NCBI GenBank assembly: GCA_963706595.1
Contig: OY970166.1
Location: forward strand, 5,024,001-5,088,000
DNA: 64,000 bases
Reading direction: 5' to 3'
Source: an uncultured cyanobacterium
Lineage (GTDB): Bacteria > Cyanobacteriota > Cyanobacteriia > Cyanobacteriales > Nostocaceae
In this document: piece by piece, positions 20,366 through 31,147 of the stretch
Numbering within the stretch: the first letter of the stretch is position 1
Layout: every line of letters begins with the position of its first letter
The notes under the pieces: generated by a model
Told to the model about the DNA's origin: nothing
The model's database searches: none
Seen by the model: only the letters and a program-made list of their open reading frames with translations
Translations under genes and position numbers: made by a program

Positions 20366-21390
20366 CATAAAAATTGGAAAAAATTTATAGTAGGTAGAGG
20401 TAACTGGCGCAGGTAATGATTAATTTCCATCGATGCACTGAGTCCAGAAATCATTGCGTCTTCGGCGAGATAGCCACCACACCAATCACCACAACATACT
20501 AAAGGAGGGGAAGTTTTGGCAGATAATACAGGATGTAACCACGGACGACTAGGAAAAGCGTAACGCCAGCGATGTACTTGCATCCACTCTGGTTTTTCCA
20601 GCCAGGGAAGCGCTAACCTCTGGGCTGCTTGTTCCAACATCTCTTTCCCTACTGGTTGTAAATCTGGGGTTTCTAAATGCAGTTCGGCAAATTTAGCGCT
20701 ACTTTGCAATACAAATACAGGTTGCTGAGGGTGGGGACGTTTGCTACTATCTAAACCAATCCATCCCAGAACAGCGTCATCTGTAAATTTTCGCTCGTTC
20801 CAATGTGGTAGTGCTGTGGATGTGGCAGGATATCCCGCGATCGCACTCACAGAAGGGTAAAATTCTACAGAACTCAAATTGTCGATAAATTCTTTACCTA
20901 ATACAGGTTCCCCCAATGGTGCTAACAGTGTCAACGCTTGGGGGGCGGGAATGGCTAAAACTAAGGCTTTCGCTGTTAATTGTTCGTTACTTTCCAGAGT
21001 CAGACACCAACTATTTTCCTCTGTGGGGTGAATAGCTGTGACACGTTGATTGAGTTGGATTTGTAAACCTTGGGCGAGAAACTTGGCGATCGCACTCATT
21101 CCCGCAGGTACGATGTAACGGGGTGCAGAATCGGGTTGAGTCGCATCTGCCCACACTTCTACGATATGGCGATCGCGTAACAATTGCACAAAATTATCGA
21201 ATAATTCACCTTTAGGCTTTAAATAACACGCCCCATGATCTGCCCAAGTTCCATATAATCGGCGTGTAGCTAGTCGTCCCCCCAAACCACGGGACTTTTC
21301 CAGCACCAACACTGAATATCCCGCTTGAGTTAACCTTTGGGCGCAGACTAAACCCGCCATTCCGGCTCCAATTATTGCAATATCAGTCAT
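20365..21390 (-). CDS. renalase-like NAD(P)/FAD-dependent oxidoreductase
   Basis: GAGMAG, EKSRGLGGRLATRR, DHGA, HRWRYA, CGDW. Confidence 0.88.
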   Translation of the reverse strand: MTDIAIIGAGMAGLVCAQRLTQAGYSVLVLEKSRGLGGRLATRRLYGTWADHGACYLKPKGELFDNFVQLLRDRHIVEVWADATQPDSAPRYIVPAGMSAIAKFLAQGLQIQLNQRVTAIHPTEENSWCLTLESNEQLTAKALVLAIPAPQALTLLAPLGEPVLGKEFIDNLSSVEFYPSVSAIAGYPATSTALPHWNERKFTDDAVLGWIGLDSSKRPHPQQPVFVLQSSAKFAELHLETPDLQPVGKEMLEQAAQRLALPWLEKPEWMQVHRWRYAFPSRPWLHPVLSAKTSPPLVCCGDWCGGYLAEDAMISGLSASMEINHYLRQLPLPTINFFQFL

Positions 21391-21394
21391 ACAA

Positions 21395-21426
21395 TTTTAG
21401 ATTTTAGATTTTAGATTTTAGATTTT
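21395..21426. repeat. STRR (TTTTAGA)n
   Basis: Four tandem heptamers just upstream of the oxidoreductase start. Confidence 0.85.
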
Positions 21427-21541
21427 TGTTCCATCCACAGATTTATCTGGAGGCTTGTAGCACTAAGGAACTATTGGTCATAATTTATTAGTGAGTACGA
21501 ATACTCATAACCAGTGACAAATGACAAATGACCAATGACTA

Positions 21542-22441
21542 ATGACGGCTAATAGTAGAATAAAGTACATAAAGCCTGCACGCAGAGAGGAAGGGAAATT
21601 GGATGAACTGAGGGCGGCGCTGGAGTTAGCGACAGAAGAGGAATTGCAAGATTTAACCGCAATTCTGTTTAGTCGTAAATTTAATCCCCTAGATTATGTT
21701 CATACACCTGAACCGATTGAGGTTCAAAGCCAAAACCACAAAGCTTGGTTAGATACATTAGAAAATCGGTTTCGGTTTTTAGCCGCAGATGGGATAACGG
21801 TATTACGGGGGCGTACAAGTCAAGTAACTTACCGCCAAGCATTAATTCAAGTTTGTAAGTATCTGAAAATTCCTTATTCTGATGAATTGACAACCGTTGA
21901 TTTAGAAGCTGAATTATTTTTACATCTATTAGGACAGGTGTGGAAAAAATTGCCGGAAAATGAGAAGCAAAAATTAAATCAGCAGGTGCAACGTCAACTG
22001 TCTCAGTCGGACTTAAAACAACCGCTACCATTATTATTGCAGCGTGACCCGTTGGGACTACTGGTTAAAGGTGGTAGCGCTTTGGCGGTTACTTCTATTC
22101 TTCAGCCCTTGGTTTTGCAACAAATAGCCCGGCAATTTGCAATCCATTTTGCTAAATATCAAGTAGCTCAACAGACGGCAATTGCGGGTTCTCAAGCGGC
22201 TGCTAACCAATTTAAAGGCTATGTAGCTGTACAAATGGCGCGACGGGGTATGACGATGAATGCGGCTCGTTATGGGGCTGTGAGGAGCGTGTTTACCTTT
22301 ATTGGTCCAGTGATGTGGACTTGGTTCTTTGCAGATTTAGGATGGCGGGCGATCGCAACTAACTATGGTCGCATCATCCCCACCATATTTGCTCTAGCAC
22401 AAATTCGTCTCACCCGCGCGGAATATTGGGAGCCAGCTTGA
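21542..22441 (+). CDS. YaaW family protein
   Basis: LDELRAALELATEEEL, YRQALIQVC, ATNYGRIIP; true start may be TTG at about 21599. Confidence 0.7.
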   Translation: MTANSRIKYIKPARREEGKLDELRAALELATEEELQDLTAILFSRKFNPLDYVHTPEPIEVQSQNHKAWLDTLENRFRFLAADGITVLRGRTSQVTYRQALIQVCKYLKIPYSDELTTVDLEAELFLHLLGQVWKKLPENEKQKLNQQVQRQLSQSDLKQPLPLLLQRDPLGLLVKGGSALAVTSILQPLVLQQIARQFAIHFAKYQVAQQTAIAGSQAAANQFKGYVAVQMARRGMTMNAARYGAVRSVFTFIGPVMWTWFFADLGWRAIATNYGRIIPTIFALAQIRLTRAEYWEPA

Positions 22442-23793
22442 AGTTAGCTTTTAATCATCCCCATTCTCATTTACAAACCCCTTGGAATGTTACCCAAATT
22501 GGACTCCTGATTTTTCCCTTGAGTCCATTGGTAGGAGGTGTCAGTATACTTTTGGCAGCATTAAGAACTTGTCAATTAGAATACCGCCGTGTTATCCACA
22601 GTCCCCTAAATCGGGGATTTGCTTTGTTAAGTGTATTACTAATTATTAGTTGTAGCGTTGCTGATGACAAAATACCAGCTTTTCTGGGCTTGTTTAATTT
22701 ATTACCTTTCTTTCTAGTTTTTGCTGGACTCAGCACCTTAATTCAAACAACAGCCCAATTGCGGCAAATAGCGCTAATTTTCGTCATTGGTTCGGTTCCA
22801 GTGGTAATTATGGGCTTTGGGCAGATATTTTGGGGTTGGAGTTTCCAGTTACAGGTTTTGTGGATTTTATTGGATATAGGACTCGATTCTGGAGGAGATC
22901 CACCAGGACGCATGGCTTCTATTTTCATGCACGCCAACCTGTTTGCGGCTTATTTAGCGATCGCCTTCACCCTCGGATTAGGGTTATTGTTAGAACAATG
23001 GCCTTTAAGAATTTCAGACGTGGTGAAATGGCCGTTTAAAAAAGACGCGATGAATCGCGTCTCTACAAGGTTTTATCCCATTGTTTTAATGGTGTCGGTA
23101 ATTACTAGCTTTGTGGCTCTGATTTTAACTGACTCACGTAATGGGTGGGCGATCGCGATCGTTGCCTGTTTAGCTTATGCACTTTACCAAGGTTGGCATC
23201 TGATTATAGCTGGTGTTGGCAGTATAATTACTAGCGTCATGTTAGCAGCTTTCGCACCATCACCAATTGCAGAAGCCTTTCGGCGATTTGTCCCCGCTTA
23301 CTTTTGGGCGCGGTTAAATGATCAAATGTATCCAGATAGACCAGTGGCTTTAATGCGAACCACTCAATGGGAGTTTGCTTGGTCTTTGACTCAGCAACAG
23401 CCCTGGACAGGCTGGGGTTTACGCAGTTTCAGCGACCTCTACAAAGCCCAAATGCAGATTGATTTGGGTCATCCCCACAACTTATTTTTGATGTTATCGG
23501 CTGAAACTGGTTTACCCAGCGCCCTGTTATTTTTTGGCTGTGTGGCTTGGATATGGTTTGCAGGTGTGCAATTGTTGCAGAAACCCAACTATCTAGACAA
23601 AAAAGATAGATTGATATTTTTCAGTTATATTATTGTCATTTTACAATGGGTGATATTCAACACCGTAGACGTAACTTTATTTGACTTTAGGCTAAATACA
23701 ATTTCTTGGTTGTTTCTCTCTGCACTTTGGGGAGTTGTATATAGCAGTTCTCGCATAAATCGTTACGGTGAAGAATTAATTGACCACAGATGA
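22426..23793 (+). CDS. O-antigen ligase family membrane protein
   Basis: Multiple TM segments, LTDSRNGW, PWTGWG, HPHNLFL. Confidence 0.85.
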   Translation: MGASLKLAFNHPHSHLQTPWNVTQIGLLIFPLSPLVGGVSILLAALRTCQLEYRRVIHSPLNRGFALLSVLLIISCSVADDKIPAFLGLFNLLPFFLVFAGLSTLIQTTAQLRQIALIFVIGSVPVVIMGFGQIFWGWSFQLQVLWILLDIGLDSGGDPPGRMASIFMHANLFAAYLAIAFTLGLGLLLEQWPLRISDVVKWPFKKDAMNRVSTRFYPIVLMVSVITSFVALILTDSRNGWAIAIVACLAYALYQGWHLIIAGVGSIITSVMLAAFAPSPIAEAFRRFVPAYFWARLNDQMYPDRPVALMRTTQWEFAWSLTQQQPWTGWGLRSFSDLYKAQMQIDLGHPHNLFLMLSAETGLPSALLFFGCVAWIWFAGVQLLQKPNYLDKKDRLIFFSYIIVILQWVIFNTVDVTLFDFRLNTISWLFLSALWGVVYSSSRINRYGEELIDHR

Positions 23794-23995
23794 ACAAACA
23801 ACGCCAAAATTAAATTTCTTCACCTCTCCCTCTCTGCGACTCTGCGCCTCTGCGTGATTAAATCTTGGTTCAGCAACGCCTAATTCCAGAAGTAGAATTA
23901 GCTAAAAAATGAAACCTGGATCAAAGAGAGTCATGCTACTCGGTAAAATGGATGTGTCCGTCATCAAGTAAAATAGGCCTAAGTATCCCATCTGT

Positions 23996-24520
23996 ATGCT
24001 TACAACATCTGACTTTCTTCAGTATGCCCAATGGTCGGGTATCGCCACACTGGTATTCGGTGCGATCGCCGTTCTGGCTTTTTTACTCAAATGGGGTATC
24101 CGCTTTCGGCTGGTAGGTACAACTGGCTTTATGCTGGTGCTGACGGGTGGTTTATTTGCTCTCTCGTTGGTTCCTCTGAGTCGCACTGTCATTCCAGGCG
24201 CAGTAAAATACACTCTCGTTTATGATAATGCTTCTACACAAACTGTAATTGCAACATCACCTAATATTACCCCCGACCAATTAGAAGCAACTTTACGTCA
24301 AGCGGCTAGTAATCTTTATTCTTTCGGTCGCTTAGGTTCACGCTCAAACAATCAACTCACAATTCGCGCCCGTACTGTTATTCATCCTGAACCAGGAGTT
24401 TCCGTACCGCTTTTCTTGGGTCAAATTAAGCGCACATTGGAAAGCCGTGAAGATGCGGATATGGATATCGAAATTTACTTGGAAAAATTCGATCAATTAC
24501 CTAACTCGGCTACTTCATAG
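23996..24520 (+). CDS. Ycf51 family protein
   Basis: WGIRFRLVGTTGF, VYDN, LEATLRQAASNL. Confidence 0.8.
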   Translation: MLTTSDFLQYAQWSGIATLVFGAIAVLAFLLKWGIRFRLVGTTGFMLVLTGGLFALSLVPLSRTVIPGAVKYTLVYDNASTQTVIATSPNITPDQLEATLRQAASNLYSFGRLGSRSNNQLTIRARTVIHPEPGVSVPLFLGQIKRTLESREDADMDIEIYLEKFDQLPNSATS

Positions 24521-24634
24521 TTTTCATTAGACCTTTTTGACAAAGAATGTAGAGACGTTCCATGGAACGTCTCTACAACGGTTATCTCTTCGCTACAGGG
24601 GAAAAAAAACATTTATTTGTTACCAAAATCACAT

Positions 24635-24683
24635 AGATTTTTTGTATTACACTATACAAAAAATCTTAAGTTTAGATTAAGAT
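24635..24683 (+). promoter_or_regulatory. putative NtcA site with downstream -10 box
   Basis: TGTA-N8-TACA (24643-24658) within a 12-bp inverted repeat; TAAGAT 20 nt after TAC. Confidence 0.55.
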
Positions 24684-24839
24684 AGGACTTACGCAAAAAA
24701 CCGTACCCTTCGGGAAGCTTCTCCCAAGGGAGACGCTTCGCGAACGCTAACGGCTGACGCTCACGGCGAAGCCTCTCAAACTCTCATGACTCAGTGTCCT
24801 CTGTGGTTAGTTTTCTCCTAAATTCCTACATAACTCCTA
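24683..24839. mobile_element. degenerate MITE of the TAGGACTTACGCA family with nested small repeats
   Basis: Left end TAGGACTTACGCA; eroded right end TACATAACTCCTA. Confidence 0.5.
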
Positions 24840-24992
24840 TCAAATAAAAAGTATAAAGTATAAATATTCAAAAATTTGTAGTTCAGAACTTGAGAGGAAT
24901 GGGCATGATTAAAGCCAAGGGAAACGAAAATTCCTGGACATAAGTCTAAAATTTTATTAAGAAATATCAATATTTTGGCAAACTAGATTTAT

Positions 24993-26177
24993 ATGCCCAA
25001 TCAACTTTCTACTCAAACTGTGTCTACTCAAACCTCTAGCTCATTATTGACGCTGACGGTTGCTCCAGGAAAAATCATTCGTGGTTCTGGGGTATTACAG
25101 ACAGCATCAGCAGAAATTACCCGCTTAGGGACTCGTCCCTTAATTATTGCCGGGAATTCGACACTAGGGAACGCTCAAAACAATTTACAAGCAATTTTAA
25201 CCAAGTCAAACACGGCTCAGTCTAACTATGGTGTAGATTGCTGTGAAGCTAGTTTAAAAGCTTTAAAGAAAACAGCCCAAGAACATCAAGCCGATGTAAT
25301 TATTGGTATCGGTGGCGGTAAAGCCTTGGATACAGCTAAATTAGTCGCCGACCAATTACAGTTACCAGTGGTGACAATTCCCACCTCAGCAGCTACCTGT
25401 GCGGCTTGGACTGCCCTTTCTAATGTGTATTCTGAGTCGGGGGCTTTTCTCTATGATGTGGCGCTGTCTCGCTGTCCTGATTTATTAATCCTTGACTATG
25501 ATTTAATTCAAACTGCACCACAACGGACATTAGTAGCCGGAATTGGGGATGCGATCGCTAAATGGTATGAAGCATCAGTTAGCAGTGGTAATTCTCAACA
25601 AACTCTGATTATCTCCGCAGTGCAACAAGCGCGAGTTTTACGAGATATTTTATTACAAAAGTCAGCTACAGCCCTGAAAGAACCAGGTAGTCAGGTTTGG
25701 CGAGAAGTCGTAGATGCTACCGTGTTACTGGCTGGGGTAATTGGCGGACTCGGAGGGGCGCAGTGTCGCACCGTCGCCGCCCATGCCGTACATAATGGTT
25801 TAACTCACATTTCCGGACACAGTAGCATCCACGGTGAAAAAGTTGCTTATGGTATTTTGGTGCAACTGCGTTTAGAAGAAATGTTACAAAATAATCAACT
25901 AGCGGCATCAGCACGGCAACAGTTGTTAAAGTTTTACGCAGAGATTGGACTACCGCAAAATTTAAGTGATTTAGGTTTGGGCAACATTACATTAAAAGAG
26001 TTGCAAACATCTGCCGAAATTGCTTTAGATCCTCAGTCTGATATCCATCGACTACCATTTAAAGTTGCACTAGAACAGTTAATGGCGGCGATGGTTTCTA
26101 CCACTGCACCAACAGATAGTAGAGATGTTATAAATCGTGTCTCCACCAGGGGAATGAGTGAAGAGGTTTCAGAATGA
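24993..26177 (+). CDS. iron-containing alcohol / glycerol dehydrogenase family protein
   Basis: GIGGGKALDTAK, PTSAATCA, AGIGDAIAKWYE, AHAVHNGL, HGEKVAYG. Confidence 0.9.
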   Translation: MPNQLSTQTVSTQTSSSLLTLTVAPGKIIRGSGVLQTASAEITRLGTRPLIIAGNSTLGNAQNNLQAILTKSNTAQSNYGVDCCEASLKALKKTAQEHQADVIIGIGGGKALDTAKLVADQLQLPVVTIPTSAATCAAWTALSNVYSESGAFLYDVALSRCPDLLILDYDLIQTAPQRTLVAGIGDAIAKWYEASVSSGNSQQTLIISAVQQARVLRDILLQKSATALKEPGSQVWREVVDATVLLAGVIGGLGGAQCRTVAAHAVHNGLTHISGHSSIHGEKVAYGILVQLRLEEMLQNNQLAASARQQLLKFYAEIGLPQNLSDLGLGNITLKELQTSAEIALDPQSDIHRLPFKVALEQLMAAMVSTTAPTDSRDVINRVSTRGMSEEVSE

Positions 26178-27385
26178 GCTTGAATTGGATTACCCCCGCA
26201 GATCGCATACAACAGCTACCGCCTTATGTTTTTGCCCGTCTGGACGAATTGAAGGCGAAGGCGCGAGAACAAGGACTAGATTTAATTGATTTGGGCATGG
26301 GAAACCCGGATGGGGCGACACCACAGCCTGTAGTAGAAGCTGCGATCGCGGCTTTAAAAAATCCCGCCAATCACGGTTATCCGCCCTTTGAGGGGACTGC
26401 GAGTTTTCGCCGTGCTATCACTAATTGGTACAATCGCCGTTATGGTGTAGTACTTGATCCAGATAGTGAAGCTTTACCTTTACTGGGTTCTAAAGAAGGA
26501 TTAACTCATTTAGCGATCGCCTATATTAATCCTGGTGATTTAGTTCTAGTTCCCTCTCCCGCCTATCCCGCCCATTTTCGCGGTCCGTTAATTGCTGGGG
26601 GGAAAATTCACAACTTGATTCTCAAACCGGAAAATAACTGGTTAATAGATTTAGCAGCTATTCCCGATGCAGTTGCAGAACAAGCCAAAATTCTCTACTT
26701 TAATTATCCCAGTAATCCTACTGCTGCCACCGCCCCCCGTGAATTTTTTGAAGACATCGTAGCTTTTGCGCGGAAATACGAAATTCTGCTAGTGCATGAT
26801 TTATGTTACGCCGAGTTAGCTTTTGATGGTTATCAACCCACCAGCTTGTTAGAAATTCCCGGCGCGAAAGAAATTGGCGTAGAATTTCACACCTTATCCA
26901 AAACCTATAATATGGCTGGTTGGCGTGTGGGTTTTGTCGTGGGGAACCGCCATGTAATTCAAGGCTTGCGAACTCTGAAAACCAACTTGGATTATGGCAT
27001 TTTTGCAGCTTTGCAAACCGCAGCCGAAACCGCCTTGCAATTACCAGATGTGTATTTGCATCAAGTTCAACAACGCTACCGTACCCGTCGGGATTTCCTC
27101 ATAGAAGGTTTAGGAAAATTGGGTTGGGATATTCCCAAAACCAACGCTACCATGTATCTGTGGGTAAAATGTCCTGTGGGTATGGGTTCTACAGATTTTG
27201 CTTTGGATGTATTGCAGCAAACTGGCGTTGTTGTCACCCCTGGTAATGCCTTTGGGGTTGCCGGTGAGGGTTATGTGCGGATAAGTTTAATTGCAGATTG
27301 CGATCGCTTGGGTGAAGCTTTGCACAGATTTAAACAAGCTGGTATCCGCTATCAACCCGAAACCGTAGTTTCTAGTTCAAAATAG
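26174..27385 (+). CDS. class I/II PLP-dependent aminotransferase (aspartate / LL-DAP aminotransferase-like)
   Basis: NYPSNPT, HDLCY, TLSKTYNMAGWRVG; ATGA overlap with the upstream gene. Confidence 0.9.
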   Translation: MSLNWITPADRIQQLPPYVFARLDELKAKAREQGLDLIDLGMGNPDGATPQPVVEAAIAALKNPANHGYPPFEGTASFRRAITNWYNRRYGVVLDPDSEALPLLGSKEGLTHLAIAYINPGDLVLVPSPAYPAHFRGPLIAGGKIHNLILKPENNWLIDLAAIPDAVAEQAKILYFNYPSNPTAATAPREFFEDIVAFARKYEILLVHDLCYAELAFDGYQPTSLLEIPGAKEIGVEFHTLSKTYNMAGWRVGFVVGNRHVIQGLRTLKTNLDYGIFAALQTAAETALQLPDVYLHQVQQRYRTRRDFLIEGLGKLGWDIPKTNATMYLWVKCPVGMGSTDFALDVLQQTGVVVTPGNAFGVAGEGYVRISLIADCDRLGEALHRFKQAGIRYQPETVVSSSK

Positions 27386-27407
27386 AGATAGAATATATCC
27401 TGAAAAA

Positions 27408-27746
27408 ATGTCACTGATGCCTACCCCTTCTGCTACCAATTCTCATTTAATTGCTGCTGGCTTTCATGCTCTTTCTGATCCAATCAGGATTGGTGTATTG
27501 GAAATATTACGAAAGCGAGAACAGTGTGTATGTGACTTGTGCGATGCTTTGGGGGTGAATCAGTCAAAACTATCTTTTCACCTCAAAACTCTTAAAGAAG
27601 CTGGTTTAGTTAACGCCCGTCAAGAAGGACGCTGGATTTATTACAGTTTAAATTTGCCGCAATTTACTGTTTTAGAAGCATATCTAGCTGAGTTTAGCCA
27701 GAATCCATTCATTTCACCTGCGCGTCTTTGCTTTGATTCCGAATAA
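27408..27746 (+). CDS. ArsR/SmtB family transcriptional regulator
   Basis: ALSDPIR, CVCDL, SFHLKTLKEAGLV, GRWIYYSL. Confidence 0.92.
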   Translation: MSLMPTPSATNSHLIAAGFHALSDPIRIGVLEILRKREQCVCDLCDALGVNQSKLSFHLKTLKEAGLVNARQEGRWIYYSLNLPQFTVLEAYLAEFSQNPFISPARLCFDSE

Positions 27747-27883
27747 TTTTTACCTCGTCCTGAGAGAAACTTCAACGCTGAATTTTTCTGTAATAGACAT
27801 CTGGTGAAAATAAAATATGCATTATCACCGAACCGTTGTAGAGACGTTCTATGGAACGTCTCTACATTCGGAATTGCTGAATT

Positions 27884-28023
27884 ATATCAAGTCCGGTTGA
27901 ATACTTACGAAACGCGAAAACCTGCCAAACATTTGCTCTAACTCCCCTCCTCGCTTGCGGGGAGGGCTTGGGGGTGGGGTGACATGATTGTGGTAATCAT
28001 AACTAATTAAACGGACATGATAT
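27884..28023. mobile_element. ~140-bp MITE, copy 2 (inverted)
   Basis: Reverse-complement match to 13719-13856. Confidence 0.8.
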
Positions 28024-28143
28024 TAGACTATGAAATTCAAACTCTCAAACTCTCATTCTCTGCGTCTCTGCGCCTGGTGCGTGATACAAATCCATATTTA
28101 AAATCAGCAACACCCTACATTCTTTGTGGGAGATATCTAATTG

Positions 28144-29310
28144 CTATAAAATCTCACTGAGAACTGATACCAATTTCTCAATATGTACGGCTTGATGAGT
28201 AGCCATCACAGATATCCGTATCCGACTTGTAGGGACTGTGGGGGGACGAATAGCTGGGGCAAAAATACCGTGATTTCTTAACTGTTTACCGACCTTAAGG
28301 GCATCTGCTGCACTGGGTAATTGTAAACATAATATGGGTGATGCTGTTAGTAATAATTTGCAGTTAGGTAATTGTTCTGCAATTAACTTTTTTAAGTAAT
28401 CGACATTCCGCCATAGTTGCACAAGAAGTTGCGGTTCTTTCTGTACTATCCCAATTGCTGCTAAAGCTGCGGCGGTATCTGCGGGTGAAAGTGCGGTAGT
28501 GTAAATCCAACTGGGGGCGCGATTTCGTAAATAATCAATTAGGCTGGCGCTTCCCGCTACGTAGCCGCCTAAACTGCCCAAGGCTTTACTTAATGTGCCA
28601 ATTTGAATTAAGATTCTACCTGTGCTGTGAAAATGTTCTACGCATCCTGCACCAGTTTTTCCTAGTACTCCAGTACTGTGAGCTTCATCAATGAGCAGCA
28701 TACAGCTAAATTCTTCTGCTACATCTAATAATATCGGTAATGGACATAAATCACCATCCATACTGAAGACGCTATCAGTAATTATTAAACAACGTCTGTA
28801 GTTTTGGCGTTGCTGACTCAATTGAGTTTTTAACGCTTCCATATCACAGTGGGGATATTCTAGGATTTCTGCACCGCTAAGAATCGCCCCATTTTTCAGA
28901 CTGGAATGATTATACTGGTCAGATAAAATTAAATCACGTTTACCGGCTAAAGCGGCGATCGCACCCAAATTTGCCAAATACCCAGAACTAAATACTACAG
29001 CATCTTCTGTTTGTTTCCAAGCTGCGATCGCCTGTTCCAATTCCCGATGTAATTCCCGATGTCCACTAATTAAACGAGAACCAGTGCTACCAGTCCCCAT
29101 TTTTTCAGTAGCATAAATTGCCGCTTTAATCAAGCGTTCATCCCCAGCCAATCCCAAATAATCATTACTGGCAAAATTAATTACCTCTTCCCCAGCCAAA
29201 AGCACAGTAGCACCGGGGCGACCGTCGATTGTCTGTACACAGCGATACCAGTTAGCTTTGTGAATAGTTGCTAGAGATGCTTCTATCCAACCGTAAGGGT
29301 CTTGAGACAT
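28144..29310 (-). CDS. bioF: 8-amino-7-oxononanoate synthase
   Basis: [42 protein letters not shown]. Confidence 0.93.
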   Translation of the reverse strand: MSQDPYGWIEASLATIHKANWYRCVQTIDGRPGATVLLAGEEVINFASNDYLGLAGDERLIKAAIYATEKMGTGSTGSRLISGHRELHRELEQAIAAWKQTEDAVVFSSGYLANLGAIAALAGKRDLILSDQYNHSSLKNGAILSGAEILEYPHCDMEALKTQLSQQRQNYRRCLIITDSVFSMDGDLCPLPILLDVAEEFSCMLLIDEAHSTGVLGKTGAGCVEHFHSTGRILIQIGTLSKALGSLGGYVAGSASLIDYLRNRAPSWIYTTALSPADTAAALAAIGIVQKEPQLLVQLWRNVDYLKKLIAEQLPNCKLLLTASPILCLQLPSAADALKVGKQLRNHGIFAPAIRPPTVPTSRIRISVMATHQAVHIEKLVSVLSEIL

Positions 29311-29318
29311 AGAGGAAT

Positions 29319-29380
29319 GCAGGGGAGCAGGGGAGCAGGGGAGCAGGGGAGCAGGGGAGCAGGGAGCAGGGAGCAGGGGG
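29319..29380. repeat. STRR (GCAGGGGA / GCAGGGA)n
   Basis: Tandem 7-8-mers immediately upstream of bioF. Confidence 0.9.
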
Positions 29381-29494
29381 AAGGAGGATTTTGCAGTTTT
29401 TGCAGGGATGCACAGAATGATAACTAATTAGGCGGACATGATATGAGCAATACCAATAAAATATAGATGCAATCCTGAAAACCCAGACGTTCTT

Positions 29495-29592
29495 AATTAC
29501 GAATTACGAATTACGAATTACGAATTACGAATTACGAATTACGAATTACGAATTACGAATTACGAATTACGAACTACGAACTACGAACTACG
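29495..29592. repeat. STRR (AATTACG)11 (AACTACG)3
   Basis: 14 tandem heptamers; supplies the ruvA stop codon. Confidence 0.95.
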
Positions 29593-30232
29593 AATGAGTA
29601 ACTTCTTCGCTGCTGCTAAGATGAGCGATCGCCTGTTTAATCCAATCTTCCACGTAAGCATCTTTTGTGAGTCCAATATCCTCACTGACGACGTGTAAAG
29701 CGTGACTAACTTCATCGGCGCTATATCCCAAAGCAAAAAGAGTCATTTGCACTTCTTCTAAAATCCCTGGTGCTGGTCCGCCTGTAGCGACGAAGAAGCC
29801 TGCTGATTTGCGCCACTCGACTAACTTGGTTTTCAGTTCCAAACAGATACGTTCTGCGGTCTTTTTGCCCACACCAGGAGCTTGAATTAAGATTTGGGTA
29901 TTGGCAGCGATAATGGCTTGGACTAAATCTGGAACTTCCAAAGTGTCCAAGAGTGCGATCGCACTAGCAGTACCAATACCGCTTACAGTCAGCAATTGGC
30001 GGAACAAATCACGTTCTGCGGGTGAACCAAAGCCGTAGAGAAACGGCACTTCATCACGAATTTGTAGATGGGTAAAAATTTGTGTGACTCCGCCCGATTC
30101 TGGCAATTGTTTTGCCAAGCGTTGCGGAATTTGCAAATCATACCCCAAATTATTCACTTCGAGAGTCAACATCATGCGACCCCCGCCAATTGTTTGAATA
30201 CCAGCGACAATCCCTTTGAGATAGCTAATCAT
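29588..30232 (-). CDS. ruvA: Holliday junction branch migration protein RuvA
   Basis: MISYLKG start, [30 protein letters not shown]. Confidence 0.95.
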   Translation of the reverse strand: MISYLKGIVAGIQTIGGGRMMLTLEVNNLGYDLQIPQRLAKQLPESGGVTQIFTHLQIRDEVPFLYGFGSPAERDLFRQLLTVSGIGTASAIALLDTLEVPDLVQAIIAANTQILIQAPGVGKKTAERICLELKTKLVEWRKSAGFFVATGGPAPGILEEVQMTLFALGYSADEVSHALHVVSEDIGLTKDAYVEDWIKQAIAHLSSSEEVTHS

Positions 30233-30978
30233 TCTAAGAAACCAAAGTACTTTAAACCTTCGAGAATTCCACCAGCACAAACAGCTTGTGCCAGGTAACG
30301 ATAGTTAGCGGGATACTCGTTGTGCCACTTAAGTAACTCTGGACGTGCATTCCCAACTATGATTCCCCGTTCCTCGCCGACAGCGAATAAAGCAATATCA
30401 TTACCTGAATCACCGCAGACAACTGTTTGTTCTGCTGCAAAGCTCCACTTTTGACGGAGGAACTGCATTGCCTGACCTTTATCGCTGGTAAGAGGCACAA
30501 TGTCAAGGTCAATACCGCTACTATAGATTAATTTTATATTTAATTTAGATTTCAGCAACTCTGCCTCTAGTTGCGGTAAGACATTTCCTGCTACCTCTTG
30601 CTTTAAGAAAAAACTGACTTTAAAAGCCCGTTGTTCGGAATCTGGTTGCAGTTCCAACTCAGGAAAAGACTGAGCGATTTTTAATACCAATTCATTATCC
30701 CAACCAGAGGAGAGGATTTCTGACCAAGCCGCATCGGGGGTATCCTTACCGTCCAGATAAATTTCCGTCCCCACAGAGAGAACTAAAGCATCCGGTTCCA
30801 TGAGATTTTTTTCTTTTTGGAGTTCGCGGTAAAGTATAGGCGATCGCCCTGTAGCATAAACAATCTTAGAGCCGTATGCTTGACGATGTTGACTCAGTGA
30901 TTTTGTCAGTGTGGCTAAAGCGTTGTCATCACCTACGAAGGTGTGATCCAAGTCAGACACAAACAGAAATGGTTTCAT
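30229..30978 (-). CDS. spp: sucrose-phosphate phosphatase
   Basis: HAD motifs [26 protein letters not shown]; start placed at MKPFLF. Confidence 0.9.
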   Translation of the reverse strand: MKPFLFVSDLDHTFVGDDNALATLTKSLSQHRQAYGSKIVYATGRSPILYRELQKEKNLMEPDALVLSVGTEIYLDGKDTPDAAWSEILSSGWDNELVLKIAQSFPELELQPDSEQRAFKVSFFLKQEVAGNVLPQLEAELLKSKLNIKLIYSSGIDLDIVPLTSDKGQAMQFLRQKWSFAAEQTVVCGDSGNDIALFAVGEERGIIVGNARPELLKWHNEYPANYRYLAQAVCAGGILEGLKYFGFLE

Positions 30979-31147
30979 AATTTTGATGTATCCCAAGTTA
31001 GTAGTTGCAACAAGACCTGACAATTTTAAACTTGACTATGCATTCCGAGTTAATCTAGCAGATTTTAGCTCAAACAAAAAGCAGCCCCACGTCTGACATC
31101 AAGTGCAGGGTGGGGCAGAATAGTTGAGCGATGATATTTTTTCTTAG

